DNA of 64,000 bases from Candidatus Micrarchaeum sp. (GCA_020723065.1 DYJP01000004.1:1041-65040); one strand, 5' to 3'. Numbered from the stretch's first letter, positions 1 to 9,525 are shown. Notes: a model not told the origin generated them from the sequence alone. Translations and numbers: made by a program.

Positions 1-46
1 TCCATCTTCGAGCAATGTTGGAATAGATATTCTTGATCCTTCAGTA

Positions 47-742
47 ATGAAGGAAATGGGCGAAATGCGTGCATGGGATTTGCTCTTTAATTTTGCAGAT
101 GGAATAGAGCAATTTAATTTCAAGGAATTATTTACAGGGTCTCCTTCTGGTGAATTTATAAGTAAGATTAAGCACATGATGGTAAATGAAGGTTACTTGT
201 ACCCGCCGACTCATATGGTTATAAATTGGTACGTGGGCGAAATTGCGAAGAAAAGAGGTCTTTTTGTATTGGCAAATCAGGACGATCACTACCAGCCGGC
301 AATAGATTCCTCTATTTTAAGTGATTATTCATATGGATATAACAAGATTGTTTTGACGAAGACGGTTCTTGATCGCTTTAGAAAGGAAAAAAGAAAGCCG
401 AGATCGGACGAAATTGTTTACGGGCTCATTCATAAGAAACTCAGGAAGGAAGACGAGGAAAATTCATTTTCAATCGAGCCAGTCACTTTTACAGAGATAG
501 GCGAATACGGAATAAGGCTTTTCAAGAGCAGAGAATTGAGTACTTGGAACAGTATAAGACTATGGCTCAAATCAGAGCCTAATTATTATTGGAATATTGC
601 AAAGCTTCAGTTCAAATACTGGTTTTCTAATAAGAAGCAGAAGCAGGAGATACGGAAGGAGATAGTCAAGGCGAAGGCTTTCAATTCCAAAGTGGAGGAA
701 GGTAATAGGTTTCTTTCTATAATCTCTAACAGATTCAAATAG
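47..742 (+). CDS. Hypothetical protein (231 aa). It is basic and K-rich at the C-terminus. It may be N-terminally incomplete, since in-frame sequence runs towards the window edge.
   Basis: Long ORF with coding-like composition. I recognise no motifs. Confidence 0.4.
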   Translation: MKEMGEMRAWDLLFNFADGIEQFNFKELFTGSPSGEFISKIKHMMVNEGYLYPPTHMVINWYVGEIAKKRGLFVLANQDDHYQPAIDSSILSDYSYGYNKIVLTKTVLDRFRKEKRKPRSDEIVYGLIHKKLRKEDEENSFSIEPVTFTEIGEYGIRLFKSRELSTWNSIRLWLKSEPNYYWNIAKLQFKYWFSNKKQKQEIRKEIVKAKAFNSKVEEGNRFLSIISNRFK

Positions 743-844
743 CGAAAGTTAGAGAAACCATTTAAATTCTTATTACAAATATATACTTAATGCCGTTTTT
801 CAGTCGGCAATAGCTTTTTTAACTGGTTTTAGTAAGGGGAGGAA

Positions 845-2251
845 ATGGAGAACGTGGATTATCCGAATAGCACTAAGGATGTCAAAATTCCGACCGATCC
901 GATAGAGAAAGTGATCGGCCAGGACGAGGCAATCAAATACGTAAGGATAGCTGCAGCTCAGAAAAGGCACATCCTTCTAGTCGGAGCTCCGGGAACGGGT
1001 AAAAGCATGATCGGCCAGGCGATGGCATCGTTGCTTCCAAAACCAAATTTTGAGATTTCAGTTATTGATAATCCAGAGCATCCTGAGAGACCATTTCTTG
1101 AAATAAGGAGCAGGCTAGATGTCGAAAATGAGAAGAAGATTCCGAAAGGAAAGCTTATCAAACCAGTGGACGTTCCGATAATGGTGGCGGAAAGGATGGG
1201 TCTCCGTTGCAAAAGATGCGGCTCCATAAGCAAGCCGGAAATTCCAGTCTGCCCAAACTGCGGTTCAGACAAGTACAAGTCTCACACCTCCCCGTTTGAT
1301 GACATAGTTTTTGGTGGTAACGCGAGGGAAGACAAGGTTTACACTACTGAAGTTATAAATGGAAAAGAGGAAAAGGTTCTTTACGAATATAAGGGCGGCC
1401 ATGTTTATGTTTACGACGAAAGGGCTCTGAGCAACAGGGAGCAGGCGTCAGTTCCAAGAAACGTCATAGTGTCATTAAACAGGTCTATATTTGTTCAGGC
1501 AACGGGCGCATCAGAGACTGAATTACTAGGAGATGTGAGGCATGATCCTTATGGTGGGCACAGCGAAATAGGGACAAAACCTTTCAAACGCGTTGTTCCT
1601 GGCGCGATACATGAGGCCCATGAAGGCGTTCTTTTCATCGACGAACTTTCCAATTTGGGTGCGTTGCAGAGGCACCTTCTGACTGCTATGCAGGAAAAGA
1701 GATTCGCGATAACGGGAAGGAATCCTACGAGCTCCGGCGCCTCAGTAAGGGTCGACAATGTTCCATGCGATTTCATACTCATAGGTGCATTGAACTTCGG
1801 AGACATAGGTACTCTTCTTCCTCCGCTTAGGTCAAGAATACTTGGTAACGGATTTGAGGTGCTCATGAACACTGTCATGGAAGACAATCCTAAGAATGTA
1901 AAGAAGATAGTGCAATTTATTGCGCAGGAGATAATGGCGGACGGGAGGATTCCGCACGCAAACTCTAAGGCAATTGAAGTTATCATCAATGAAGCAAGGA
2001 AGCGTGCAAGGGTGTACGATAGCAAGGAAGGGCTTACATTGAGGCTTAGGGATCTCGCAGGGATAATCAAGCTTGCTGGGGATTTCGCAACTATAGATGA
2101 ATCTGAATATATAGAGGAGAAGCACGTTCTGCTTGCAATAGAGAAGGCAAAGCCGATAGAGCAGCAGATGCAGAAGAAATACGGTTCGCTGTGGAGAAGT
2201 ACCGCAAGCGATTACGGCATTTCCCATGCTCCTGATGAGCACGTGTTCTAA
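845..2251 (+). CDS. LonB-type AAA+ ATPase without a protease domain. The membrane insert is replaced by a CxxC...CxxC zinc ribbon.
   Basis: Walker A is GAPGTGKSM, preceded by VIGQDEAIKYVRIAAAQKRHILLVG. Walker B and sensor region is GVLFIDELSNLGALQRHLLTAMQEKRFAITGRNPTSSGASVRVDNVPCDFILIGALN...LRSRI.GNGFEVLM, which aligns with the archaeal LonB AAA+ module. The protein ends after the alpha-helical lid, and there is no S16 Ser-Lys protease domain. The zinc ribbon reads CKRCGS...CPNCGS. Confidence 0.75.
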   Translation: MENVDYPNSTKDVKIPTDPIEKVIGQDEAIKYVRIAAAQKRHILLVGAPGTGKSMIGQAMASLLPKPNFEISVIDNPEHPERPFLEIRSRLDVENEKKIPKGKLIKPVDVPIMVAERMGLRCKRCGSISKPEIPVCPNCGSDKYKSHTSPFDDIVFGGNAREDKVYTTEVINGKEEKVLYEYKGGHVYVYDERALSNREQASVPRNVIVSLNRSIFVQATGASETELLGDVRHDPYGGHSEIGTKPFKRVVPGAIHEAHEGVLFIDELSNLGALQRHLLTAMQEKRFAITGRNPTSSGASVRVDNVPCDFILIGALNFGDIGTLLPPLRSRILGNGFEVLMNTVMEDNPKNVKKIVQFIAQEIMADGRIPHANSKAIEVIINEARKRARVYDSKEGLTLRLRDLAGIIKLAGDFATIDESEYIEEKHVLLAIEKAKPIEQQMQKKYGSLWRSTASDYGISHAPDEHVF

Positions 2252-2307
2252 TCTTATTTTAGTCAAACAAGGGATTAAATATTTTTCATAAGTATATCAT
2301 ATTATTC

Positions 2308-2425
2308 GGGCTCGTAGTCGAATGGTTAAGACGCTAACTCATTAGGTTTTATCTATTGGGGCGTAACCCTTACAACCGTTCGGTAGGAAAGGTAGAGACT
2401 CGGAGTTCGATTCTCCGCGGGCCCA
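2308..2425 (+). tRNA. Intron-containing tRNA of about 118 nt with a roughly 45-nt insert in the anticodon arm. The anticodon is not confidently assignable. A CUCAU-containing loop suggests CAU (Met/Ile2).
   Basis: The acceptor stem GGGCUCG/CGGGCCC has 7 bp plus discriminator A. The D arm UAGUCGAAUGGUUAAGACG is identical to that of the tRNA-Val at 21758-21830. The T arm is CGGAG-UUCGAUU-CUCCG. The 3' anticodon stem GGUAG plus a 5-nt variable loop AGACU lies immediately before the T stem. Extra sequence sits between CUAAC and GGUAG. Confidence 0.7.
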
Positions 2426-2429
2426 CTCA

Positions 2430-3125
2430 TATTTATTATGTATTAATGGAATAAGCAGTTTAAATCGTGCAATATCTCTACTTTTTAAGTTCGTATAGGC
2501 GCGTAAATACGTTTTGTTATTTTTAATCAATATATTTAATTTAGGTTTTGAAAATGTTAATTTATAGGGTTTATTTGAATATTCAGTGATTTCTTCTAAA
2601 AATTGAAGGTTTCTTCCACTTAACATTAAACCAAATGTTTTAGAAATAACCGTCTGTATTAAATATACCTGCTAAAAATTGTTTAAACAGATTCTTTTTT
2701 AAAAAAGATTTGGGTACTTTGAGATCTTTTTTATTTTTAGGTAGTTCGATAAATTTTACGAAATATAACCAGATAATTTTGTTATTTATTGTAAGAATAT
2801 AGCAATTTTTATCCTTTTTCTTTGTTATTTTTCCAGTTATTTTAAAATTTTTATCAAATTTTTTATTTAGTAATTCGAGATATTTTTTTGAATTATTAAA
2901 TATTTTAATTTTAGTTCTAGGATATTTTATTTCTTTTCTCTGGCATAGATAAATATTTCCGTCTCCAACAATTACTCTAGACAAATAAGCAATATCTTCA
3001 TTTATTCTTGGTAAAGTTATTATATACTTGGATCTTTTCATTTTTGCTAACGTTTTCTTCTCTTTCTTAAATATAGTTAAATTTGCAACTATTTTTTGGT
3101 CAATAATCAAATCAAAGTTTAACAT
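2430..3125 (-). pseudogene. LAGLIDADG (I-DmoI-like) double-motif homing endonuclease, frameshifted. The N-terminal domain is in ORF 2640..3125. The C-terminal domain continues in another frame (ORF 2342..2626) and runs into the tRNA.
   Basis: Motif 1 is AYLSRVIVGDGNIY. Motif 2 is FLAGIFNTDGYF at the very C-terminus of the first ORF. About 100 aa separate the motifs, as in single-chain LAGLIDADG enzymes. The downstream roughly 65 aa continue in a different frame (2626 mod 3 differs from 3125 mod 3). Confidence 0.6.
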
Positions 3126-3213
3126 ATTTTTTTTAGATTAAATCGTTTTATACTATATTGAACCTAATTTCCGATGATTTTTAAAAATTAAAAAACGGAG
3201 AAAAAAGATTAGT

Positions 3214-3996
3214 CTACTTCTTGCTGAAGATCGAATACATTGCCGCGGAAGCGTACTGACTGGTTATTGCTTCGAATGTAATCGAGTAAGAAAGAGATAT
3301 GTTGACTATTACTCCTAAAATCATTAATACTGATCTAATCGCAGTCAGATCCCTGCCTGTCATTAGGAACAGTATTCCTCCTTCTATTGTTAACAAGATC
3401 AGACCATATGCCAAAGGCAACAATAGAAATATCCAGGTATTAGTTATTGTATACCATAAACTTCTTAGCACGTATTTTATGATCTCGATTATATTTCCTT
3501 CAGTCAGTTGCCAGCTTGTTTTTACTGCTGTAACCTCATTGCGATCAAGCAAATACGCGGGTATTGTTAGATTCAGTCTTAAGCTGTTATATACCAGCAT
3601 TAGTATCCATGCGAAAAACAGCAGATATCCAATTGGGTTGAACATAGTCAGAATTATTGCCGCAACAAATACAGCTATTTGAGCTACAAAATAGAGCCCA
3701 GTCCACCAAGGCAGTATTGCTGCTATTGTTGAAACAATCGAAATTTTTATGTAATCAATTATCCCTATTTGTGCAGGTTTAAATTTGAGGTTCTTCAGGG
3801 ATCCGACAGTTATTTCATTCACAGTATACTTCCATCCTACATAAATTGCAATGATCGTTGCAAGAATCGCCAAGCTCCCTTCGCCAAATACTATGCTGAT
3901 GGCATATGATGCGAACAATATCCAGAAAACATTCTTTAGTTCAGGTTTTTTTGTCCAGGAAAGTACGAATTTCTTAAAATCAAACTTTTCAGTCAT
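3214..3996 (-). CDS. Polytopic membrane protein of unknown function.
   Basis: Multiple hydrophobic helices. No recognisable motif. Confidence 0.5.
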   Translation of the reverse strand: MTEKFDFKKFVLSWTKKPELKNVFWILFASYAISIVFGEGSLAILATIIAIYVGWKYTVNEITVGSLKNLKFKPAQIGIIDYIKISIVSTIAAILPWWTGLYFVAQIAVFVAAIILTMFNPIGYLLFFAWILMLVYNSLRLNLTIPAYLLDRNEVTAVKTSWQLTEGNIIEIIKYVLRSLWYTITNTWIFLLLPLAYGLILLTIEGGILFLMTGRDLTAIRSVLMILGVIVNISLSYSITFEAITSQYASAAMYSIFSKK

Positions 3997-4134
3997 AAGT
4001 TCACCTGTTTATCTATATGTAAATTAATTTAAAATATCTACATTTAATTTATGCTTTTTTTTGTTTCTATATAAAAACTAGAATTGAACCAGCATAAAGT
4101 ATATATACTCTGGTTGGTTTTATAATTTATAAGT

Positions 4135-4926
4135 TTGCAATCTGATTTCTTAGTAAGTGGTTATATGGCAGAGATTACAGGCATAGTTCTTGGAAATATC
4201 GGATCTGGAAAATCTACTTTTCTTAACACTCTTGAAAGAAAGAAGACGGGGTCTCGTCTTCTACCACTTTTGAGTATGCCCGGGGAGATAAAGGTCGAGA
4301 AGGAATCTCCAGACATTTTGGAGCTTGTCGACAAGAAGTTTTATCCAGCTTTGAAGAAAGCAGACAAGGATATGTTGTTCGTAGTTGAGCTTGAGATTCT
4401 CAAGGCAAGAATAAAGCAGATGCAAGCCAACATGAGGCAGGGAGGGATTGTTTTCAACGAGAGGTGCCCTTATGAAGATAAGTATGTTTTCGTTTTTAAT
4501 CTTAATCAGTCCGGTCTCCTTCTTAAGGAGCACTATGAAATTTACAAGAGGGAATATGAATACAGCATGAAGTCTGTTTCAACTCCAGATTTGCTGATCT
4601 ATCTTTATACTAAACCTGAGACAGCATTCAAGAGAAGAATGGATGAGTTGAAGAGAGGAACAGGAGGGCTTGCAAGTGAATCTGGACTTACTATCGATTA
4701 TCTTAAGCAGCTTCACAATTCCTATGAAAAAATGATTAATGAGGATCTTCCAAAAGAGATTCCAAACTATCGTGATGTATTGCTTATAATCGATGCAGAT
4801 AAGGACTTCGGTCCAAAGGAGCTTATGCGTTTTCACAATTATATAGAGGAAAGGGCGAATAGGCTTCTTATGAAGAGGGGATTTTTCAACGGAGACGGCA
4901 TCAAATTTGGTTATAAATTTAGATGA
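4135..4926 (+). CDS. Deoxynucleoside kinase family (dNK/dCK/dGK-like) P-loop kinase, paralog 1.
   Basis: P-loop is GNIGSGKSTF. The ERS-like motif is NERCPYEDKYVF. The arginine-rich LID is AFKRRMDELKRGTG. The 4-bp ATGA overlap with the next gene. Confidence 0.7.
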   Translation: MQSDFLVSGYMAEITGIVLGNIGSGKSTFLNTLERKKTGSRLLPLLSMPGEIKVEKESPDILELVDKKFYPALKKADKDMLFVVELEILKARIKQMQANMRQGGIVFNERCPYEDKYVFVFNLNQSGLLLKEHYEIYKREYEYSMKSVSTPDLLIYLYTKPETAFKRRMDELKRGTGGLASESGLTIDYLKQLHNSYEKMINEDLPKEIPNYRDVLLIIDADKDFGPKELMRFHNYIEERANRLLMKRGFFNGDGIKFGYKFR

Positions 4927-5690
4927 ATTTGCAATGTTTAAGTGATAAAATGGCGGAAGTTATAATTGGAGTCATGGGAGGAATAGGAATAGGTAAGTCC
5001 GAGTTCATAAAGTCTATGAAGAGAAGACGATTCGGTTCTAAGCTTCCCTCTATGCTTGTCACTCCTGGTGAGCTCAAGGTTTATGAAGAGTCCAAGAGGG
5101 TGAAGGATTTGGCTGCTTCAGTTTTCTATCCTGCTTTAAAGCACAAAGACAGATACGCTTTGTTTGCGGCAGAAATTGCCATGCTTTCCGCTAGAGTAGA
5201 GCAGATGGTGCGGGTGTCAAAGGACAACGGTATTGTTCTGGTAGAGCGAATCCCAGAAGAGAACAGGTACGTATTCTTTGAGAATGGCTACCGCTCCGGT
5301 TTGTTCGGTAATCCTTCTGAAGATCCGATTGCCAAGTCTTTTTACGATAGCTATAGGGCCACTTATGAGGTGTTGAGGAATAGGATTCCCACTCCGGATG
5401 TTTTCGTTTATCTTGATGTGGATCCAAAAGTTGCTTTTGAAAGAATAAAAAAGAGAGGAAGGAAATCCGAGAAAGGAATGTCTCTCAATTACCTTTCCAG
5501 TTTGTACGATTTGTATGAGAGGCTAGTAGGAGAGACTCTTCCACGAAGGATAACAGGATATGGAGACAGATTGCTCCGGATTAACGCTAACAATCACATG
5601 AGTGAGGAGGACCTTAAAAGGTTTCATCTTCAGATAGAGGAAAGGATAATCCAGTCGCTGCACAGGCAAGGATGGAAAAATAGGATTTAA
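4923..5690 (+). CDS. Deoxynucleoside kinase family P-loop kinase, paralog 2.
   Basis: P-loop is GGIGIGKSEF. Motifs are VERIPEENRYVF and LID AFERIKKRGRKSEKG. Clear paralogy to the 4135..4926 product (GSRLLP/GSKLPS ... FYPALK ...). Confidence 0.7.
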   Translation: MNLQCLSDKMAEVIIGVMGGIGIGKSEFIKSMKRRRFGSKLPSMLVTPGELKVYEESKRVKDLAASVFYPALKHKDRYALFAAEIAMLSARVEQMVRVSKDNGIVLVERIPEENRYVFFENGYRSGLFGNPSEDPIAKSFYDSYRATYEVLRNRIPTPDVFVYLDVDPKVAFERIKKRGRKSEKGMSLNYLSSLYDLYERLVGETLPRRITGYGDRLLRINANNHMSEEDLKRFHLQIEERIIQSLHRQGWKNRI

Positions 5691-5706
5691 TTATTAGAGT
5701 GAATTT

Positions 5707-6384
5707 ATGGCAAAGATGCACGTGTCTATAGAGGGAATTTCCGCTGCAGGAAAATCAGAGGCAGGCAAATTGCTTGCGATGCCGCCGTTAGTTTTCAAAG
5801 TCAACAAACTCCTACCGGATGAGTTGAAGACTGTGAAATTTTTCGAGGAAAGAGCGAGCCAAAATCCATTCCTCAATGATTTTTACAATAGTGGAATGGC
5901 GGAAGAGTATTCGTTTGCATCTCAGATGTTTTATTTGCAGGCAAGATTGGTAACGAATGCTAACATAAAAAGGTGGAATGGCGGAATTGCGTTGGAGGAT
6001 AGGTCTAAATATGGTGATGCCTTGTTTGCGGAGAACCTTTATCTTTTGGGCAAGTTGGACAAGCGAGCATACGAATTATACGTTCAAACGAAAGACAAGA
6101 TATGGGAGATCTACGAACTCAAGGATCCTAACGGAATAGTATTGTTCAATGTTTCGTTAAAGACCTGCCTGAAAAGGTTGAAGGAAAGGGGTACTGGCGA
6201 AAAAATCGATTCTGATTATTGGGGATCCATCCTCAATCTTTATGAAAAAAGATTCAGGGAGATAGGCAAAAGTATTCCGGTCCTAAAAATAGACGCAAAT
6301 GTCGATTTCTGGCAGAACGAGAATTACATGGAAGATATGGCCAAAGAGATCAACTCTTTTCTCAAGAAGCTCAACAAGCAGTGA
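5707..6384 (+). CDS. Deoxynucleoside kinase family P-loop kinase, paralog 3 (more divergent).
   Basis: P-loop is EGISAAGKSE. DRS motif is LEDRSKYGDALF. LID is CLKRLKERGTGEKID. Confidence 0.6.
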   Translation: MAKMHVSIEGISAAGKSEAGKLLAMPPLVFKVNKLLPDELKTVKFFEERASQNPFLNDFYNSGMAEEYSFASQMFYLQARLVTNANIKRWNGGIALEDRSKYGDALFAENLYLLGKLDKRAYELYVQTKDKIWEIYELKDPNGIVLFNVSLKTCLKRLKERGTGEKIDSDYWGSILNLYEKRFREIGKSIPVLKIDANVDFWQNENYMEDMAKEINSFLKKLNKQ

Positions 6385-7629
6385 TCATATCACGTGTGCG
6401 AAGAACATGTAAGCGATGAGCAATACAGTTACAAAAAGAGTCTGCTTGAGAACGCTATATCCTATTTTTTTATTTGTAAGATAAGCCGTTAGTGTAGAAG
6501 TGAAAAAGCTACCAAGAATAGCGAATATCACGGAAAGGACAATTTCACTGTAGCTTATTGTCATGTATACGCTACCCAAAGATAACATGGTATACCCACT
6601 GCTTATTGTTGAAGCAACGAACGAGAGTACCGGCAGATAAGCTGGGAAATACTTGGCTCCGATTTGGAAAAGAATTAAGGCAATAAACAGCACTCCCGCC
6701 GCATAGATACTGTTTATCATAGTTACCGGCTCGTTGAGCCTGTAGCCGTTCTTATTGCTTCTCCTTTCAAGGAATATCAAGAACACCATTATTGCAGCAA
6801 TAAGAGCGAACATCGGAAGGAGAGTCTCCGCTATATCTGGCATGACGATTATAGCAAGAAGCGCATTTCTAGTTATACTTCCGAGCATAGCAGCAGTAAC
6901 CCCGCCAGTTCTGACATCGCCTTTATTCTTTTTACTTGCCTTGTTCAACTGATATATCGTATAAGTTGAGTTTATTATTCCGCCAACGAATCCAGTTATG
7001 GTTGTAGTTTCTCTCTTGAATATTCTGTATGCTATGAACGCAAACAAGTTTAGCAAAGTTACGAGAAGCAGGAATGCGAACAGCAGGAAAACGTCGATAG
7101 ATATTCCGTCTAGTATTATCGGTTCATTTGGAAGGAGGGGGAATACAATGAATAGGATTACTCCGATCTGTATTATTTCGCTTACCTCCTGATCAGTGAG
7201 CACAAGGGCTGCCCTTTCAAGTTTCCTCCCAATTGCAAGAATGCCTAGTATTAGAAAAGTTAGTCCTGCAGATTCCCAGAGAAATCCGTTGCCTATAAGC
7301 AATCCTATCAGATATACTATCGGTAATGAATAGGTGGTTATCATATCTGTTTTCTTTTTCAGATTCAGTTCGCTTTCCTTTTTCATTTCATTGTAAATGT
7401 AGTATATTATCATGAGGAATCCGGTAAGCGGGAAGTATTCAGAAAACGGAATGTCTGTAAGTATGGAAATGACTGCGATGCACCCTAAAATGGCTACGAT
7501 CGAAAATACCTTTATGTCCCAAATTCTTTTTTCTATTCTTTGCCTTTCAAGACCTATAAGCGTGCCTAGGGCTATGGATATGAAAAATCTAGTTATTATT
7601 TCATAGCTGGAAACAAGCATTTGATTCAC
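6385..7629 (-). CDS. MgtC/SapB-family membrane protein with a C-terminal DUF4010-like polytopic region.
   Basis: N-terminal ALGTLIGLERQ motif typical of MgtC. About 10 predicted TM helices. Confidence 0.5.
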   Translation of the reverse strand: MNQMLVSSYEIITRFFISIALGTLIGLERQRIEKRIWDIKVFSIVAILGCIAVISILTDIPFSEYFPLTGFLMIIYYIYNEMKKESELNLKKKTDMITTYSLPIVYLIGLLIGNGFLWESAGLTFLILGILAIGRKLERAALVLTDQEVSEIIQIGVILFIVFPLLPNEPIILDGISIDVFLLFAFLLLVTLLNLFAFIAYRIFKRETTTITGFVGGIINSTYTIYQLNKASKKNKGDVRTGGVTAAMLGSITRNALLAIIVMPDIAETLLPMFALIAAIMVFLIFLERRSNKNGYRLNEPVTMINSIYAAGVLFIALILFQIGAKYFPAYLPVLSFVASTISSGYTMLSLGSVYMTISYSEIVLSVIFAILGSFFTSTLTAYLTNKKIGYSVLKQTLFVTVLLIAYMFFAHVI

Positions 7630-7639
7630 GCCCGGAATG

Positions 7640-8395
7640 TTACTTCTTATTGTTTATTCTTTTCACTATTTCCTGGCAAAGACTCTTCGGATCGTCCGAT
7701 TGTTCCAGTATGGTTCCGATCTGGATTATATCCGCTCCTGCCTTGGTGACATTTTCTGCATCTTCAGCTGATTTTATTCCACCTGCGATTATCACAGGCA
7801 CATCGACTGTCTTCTTGACTGCAGTCACCATGTCGAGAGGAACATGTCCCATCTTTGAAGCGGAGCCGACATCCATGAGTATAAATTTTGATCCTATATA
7901 TTGGCCTGCCAATGCCATTGCCGCACCTATTTTTGGTCTGTCTCTTGGGACAAGGTTGACATCTCCCACCCACCCTACCGATCCTCCGGGTTCAACAACT
8001 ATGTAGCCGATCGAAATGGGTTCTATCCCTATCTGCTTGATGACTGGAGATGCGAGCATTTGCGCTTGGCTTATCCAATACGGGTTCCTTGAATTAAGAA
8101 GCGACATGAAATACACCGCATCCGCATATTTTGTAAGTGTCGCTATGTTTCCTGGGAAAAGAACGACAGGAACCTTCACCTTTTCCTTTATTTTCTTGAC
8201 TACGTAGTCTAGAAGTTCTCCCTGAACCCCTATCGAGCCACCCACAAGCACGACCGCAGCTCCACCTTCCGCTGCGGCTATTGCGGTCTTTATTGAATGT
8301 TCGATGTCTTTGTAGTCCAAAGGGTCTATCAGTGCGAATAGCAGTTTTTCTTTTTTAGCAAGCCTGCCGTTTATGTAATCTTCAATCTTTGCCAT
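7640..8395 (-). CDS. Geranylgeranylglyceryl phosphate synthase (GGGPS, PcrB family).
   Basis: 251 aa. FALIDPLDYK, VVLVGGS, VVLFPGN and IIAGGGIKS match the TIM-barrel GGGPS/PcrB family. Confidence 0.85.
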   Translation of the reverse strand: MAKIEDYINGRLAKKEKLLFALIDPLDYKDIEHSIKTAIAAAEGGAAVVLVGGSIGVQGELLDYVVKKIKEKVKVPVVLFPGNIATLTKYADAVYFMSLLNSRNPYWISQAQMLASPVIKQIGIEPISIGYIVVEPGGSVGWVGDVNLVPRDRPKIGAAMALAGQYIGSKFILMDVGSASKMGHVPLDMVTAVKKTVDVPVIIAGGIKSAEDAENVTKAGADIIQIGTILEQSDDPKSLCQEIVKRINNKK

Positions 8396-8410
8396 CGTTT
8401 CACCTTTTAG

Positions 8411-9385
8411 TTAATATTCTTCCAGTCTTTTTTTATTCATTTGCTTTTTAGTCCTGTATATGTCGACCATCTCTTTTATTCCGTTAACAATAGTCATTTT
8501 AGGTTTCCATCCCAGGGCGCGCTCCGCTCGTTCGGTATCAAATATTCTGTGGGAAGAAAGAACGTTAATGTCCTCTGAATTGAGTTTGAGGGAAGATCCG
8601 AACAGCGCCGCAATTGCTTTTCCGATTTTAACTGGAATGTGTGCAGGGGAATATCCCGGTTTGCCAAGATATTCTGCTACAAGCTTGTATATTCTTTCCT
8701 GGGTAAATGTAGTGTTTTCAGAAATTAAGAATGTAGTGGAACTTATGTTAGATTTTGCCCCTAAAATTAAGGCTTCTGCAACGTCTTCTGTGTGTACGAA
8801 TGGAATGACGTTCTTTCCGTCTCCGAGGATAAACATCGATCCGTTGTCCACCAGCTTTATGACTCTTCCATAAACTGGGAAGTAGGATGGTCCGTATATT
8901 ACGCCTATCCTGAATATAAGATATGGAAATATCCCATAGTATGAAGTTATGATTCGTTCGGCTTCTAGCTTTGATTTTGCGTAAAGGTCAGATGGATTTG
9001 TCGGAGTCTTTTCATTAGCTGGATTCTCGGCCAGTTTCTTGCCGTACACTCCAGTGGTGCTTGCGTATATTAGTTTCTTTTTGAACTTCGCGCATGCTTC
9101 GACAACAGTCTTTGTTCCGTGCACATTTACTTTTTCAAGTTCATCCCAGTCCGCGTTGTAATCTATGAGTCCAGCCAGATGGATAACTACGTTCGATTTA
9201 GCGACTCCCTTCTCTATTGCGGATGAATCGTTTATATCGCCGATAATCTTCTCTACATTTTCCGGAAGCTTTGTTTTTTCAGACTCATTCGGCACCAGTG
9301 CGATAACGTTCTGATGCCTTTCTATGAGCTTGTTTATTAGAACTATGCCAAGCCTTCCGCTTGCGCCAGTAACAAAGTAATACAT
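8411..9385 (-). CDS. NAD-dependent epimerase/dehydratase (extended SDR).
   Basis: N-terminal Rossmann VTGASGRLG. Catalytic YxxxK region (YAKSK). 324 aa. Confidence 0.8.
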   Translation of the reverse strand: MYYFVTGASGRLGIVLINKLIERHQNVIALVPNESEKTKLPENVEKIIGDINDSSAIEKGVAKSNVVIHLAGLIDYNADWDELEKVNVHGTKTVVEACAKFKKKLIYASTTGVYGKKLAENPANEKTPTNPSDLYAKSKLEAERIITSYYGIFPYLIFRIGVIYGPSYFPVYGRVIKLVDNGSMFILGDGKNVIPFVHTEDVAEALILGAKSNISSTTFLISENTTFTQERIYKLVAEYLGKPGYSPAHIPVKIGKAIAALFGSSLKLNSEDINVLSSHRIFDTERAERALGWKPKMTIVNGIKEMVDIYRTKKQMNKKRLEEY

Positions 9386-9525
9386 GAGATCACTATTCTT
9401 AAAATATGTTGCCAGATATCAGTTATTTACTGTATTAATTGCGGAATTAGGTTTAATATCTTTTTCCTTTGAATATATATTACTTCGAATTTATCATCGG
9501 TCGTTAGAAGTGAGATGTAGATTTT

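Noticed and set aside
958-2266. Antisense ORFs (958..1278, 1549..2070, 1832..2266) inside the Lon-like gene.
   Set aside because: They are fully embedded in a strongly supported sense CDS. Their low-complexity translations lack motifs.
2342-2626. 94-aa ORF treated as an independent gene.
   Set aside because: Its upstream two-thirds continue the LAGLIDADG C-terminal domain in a shifted frame. The remainder is read-through across the tRNA gene. I treat it as part of the pseudogene.
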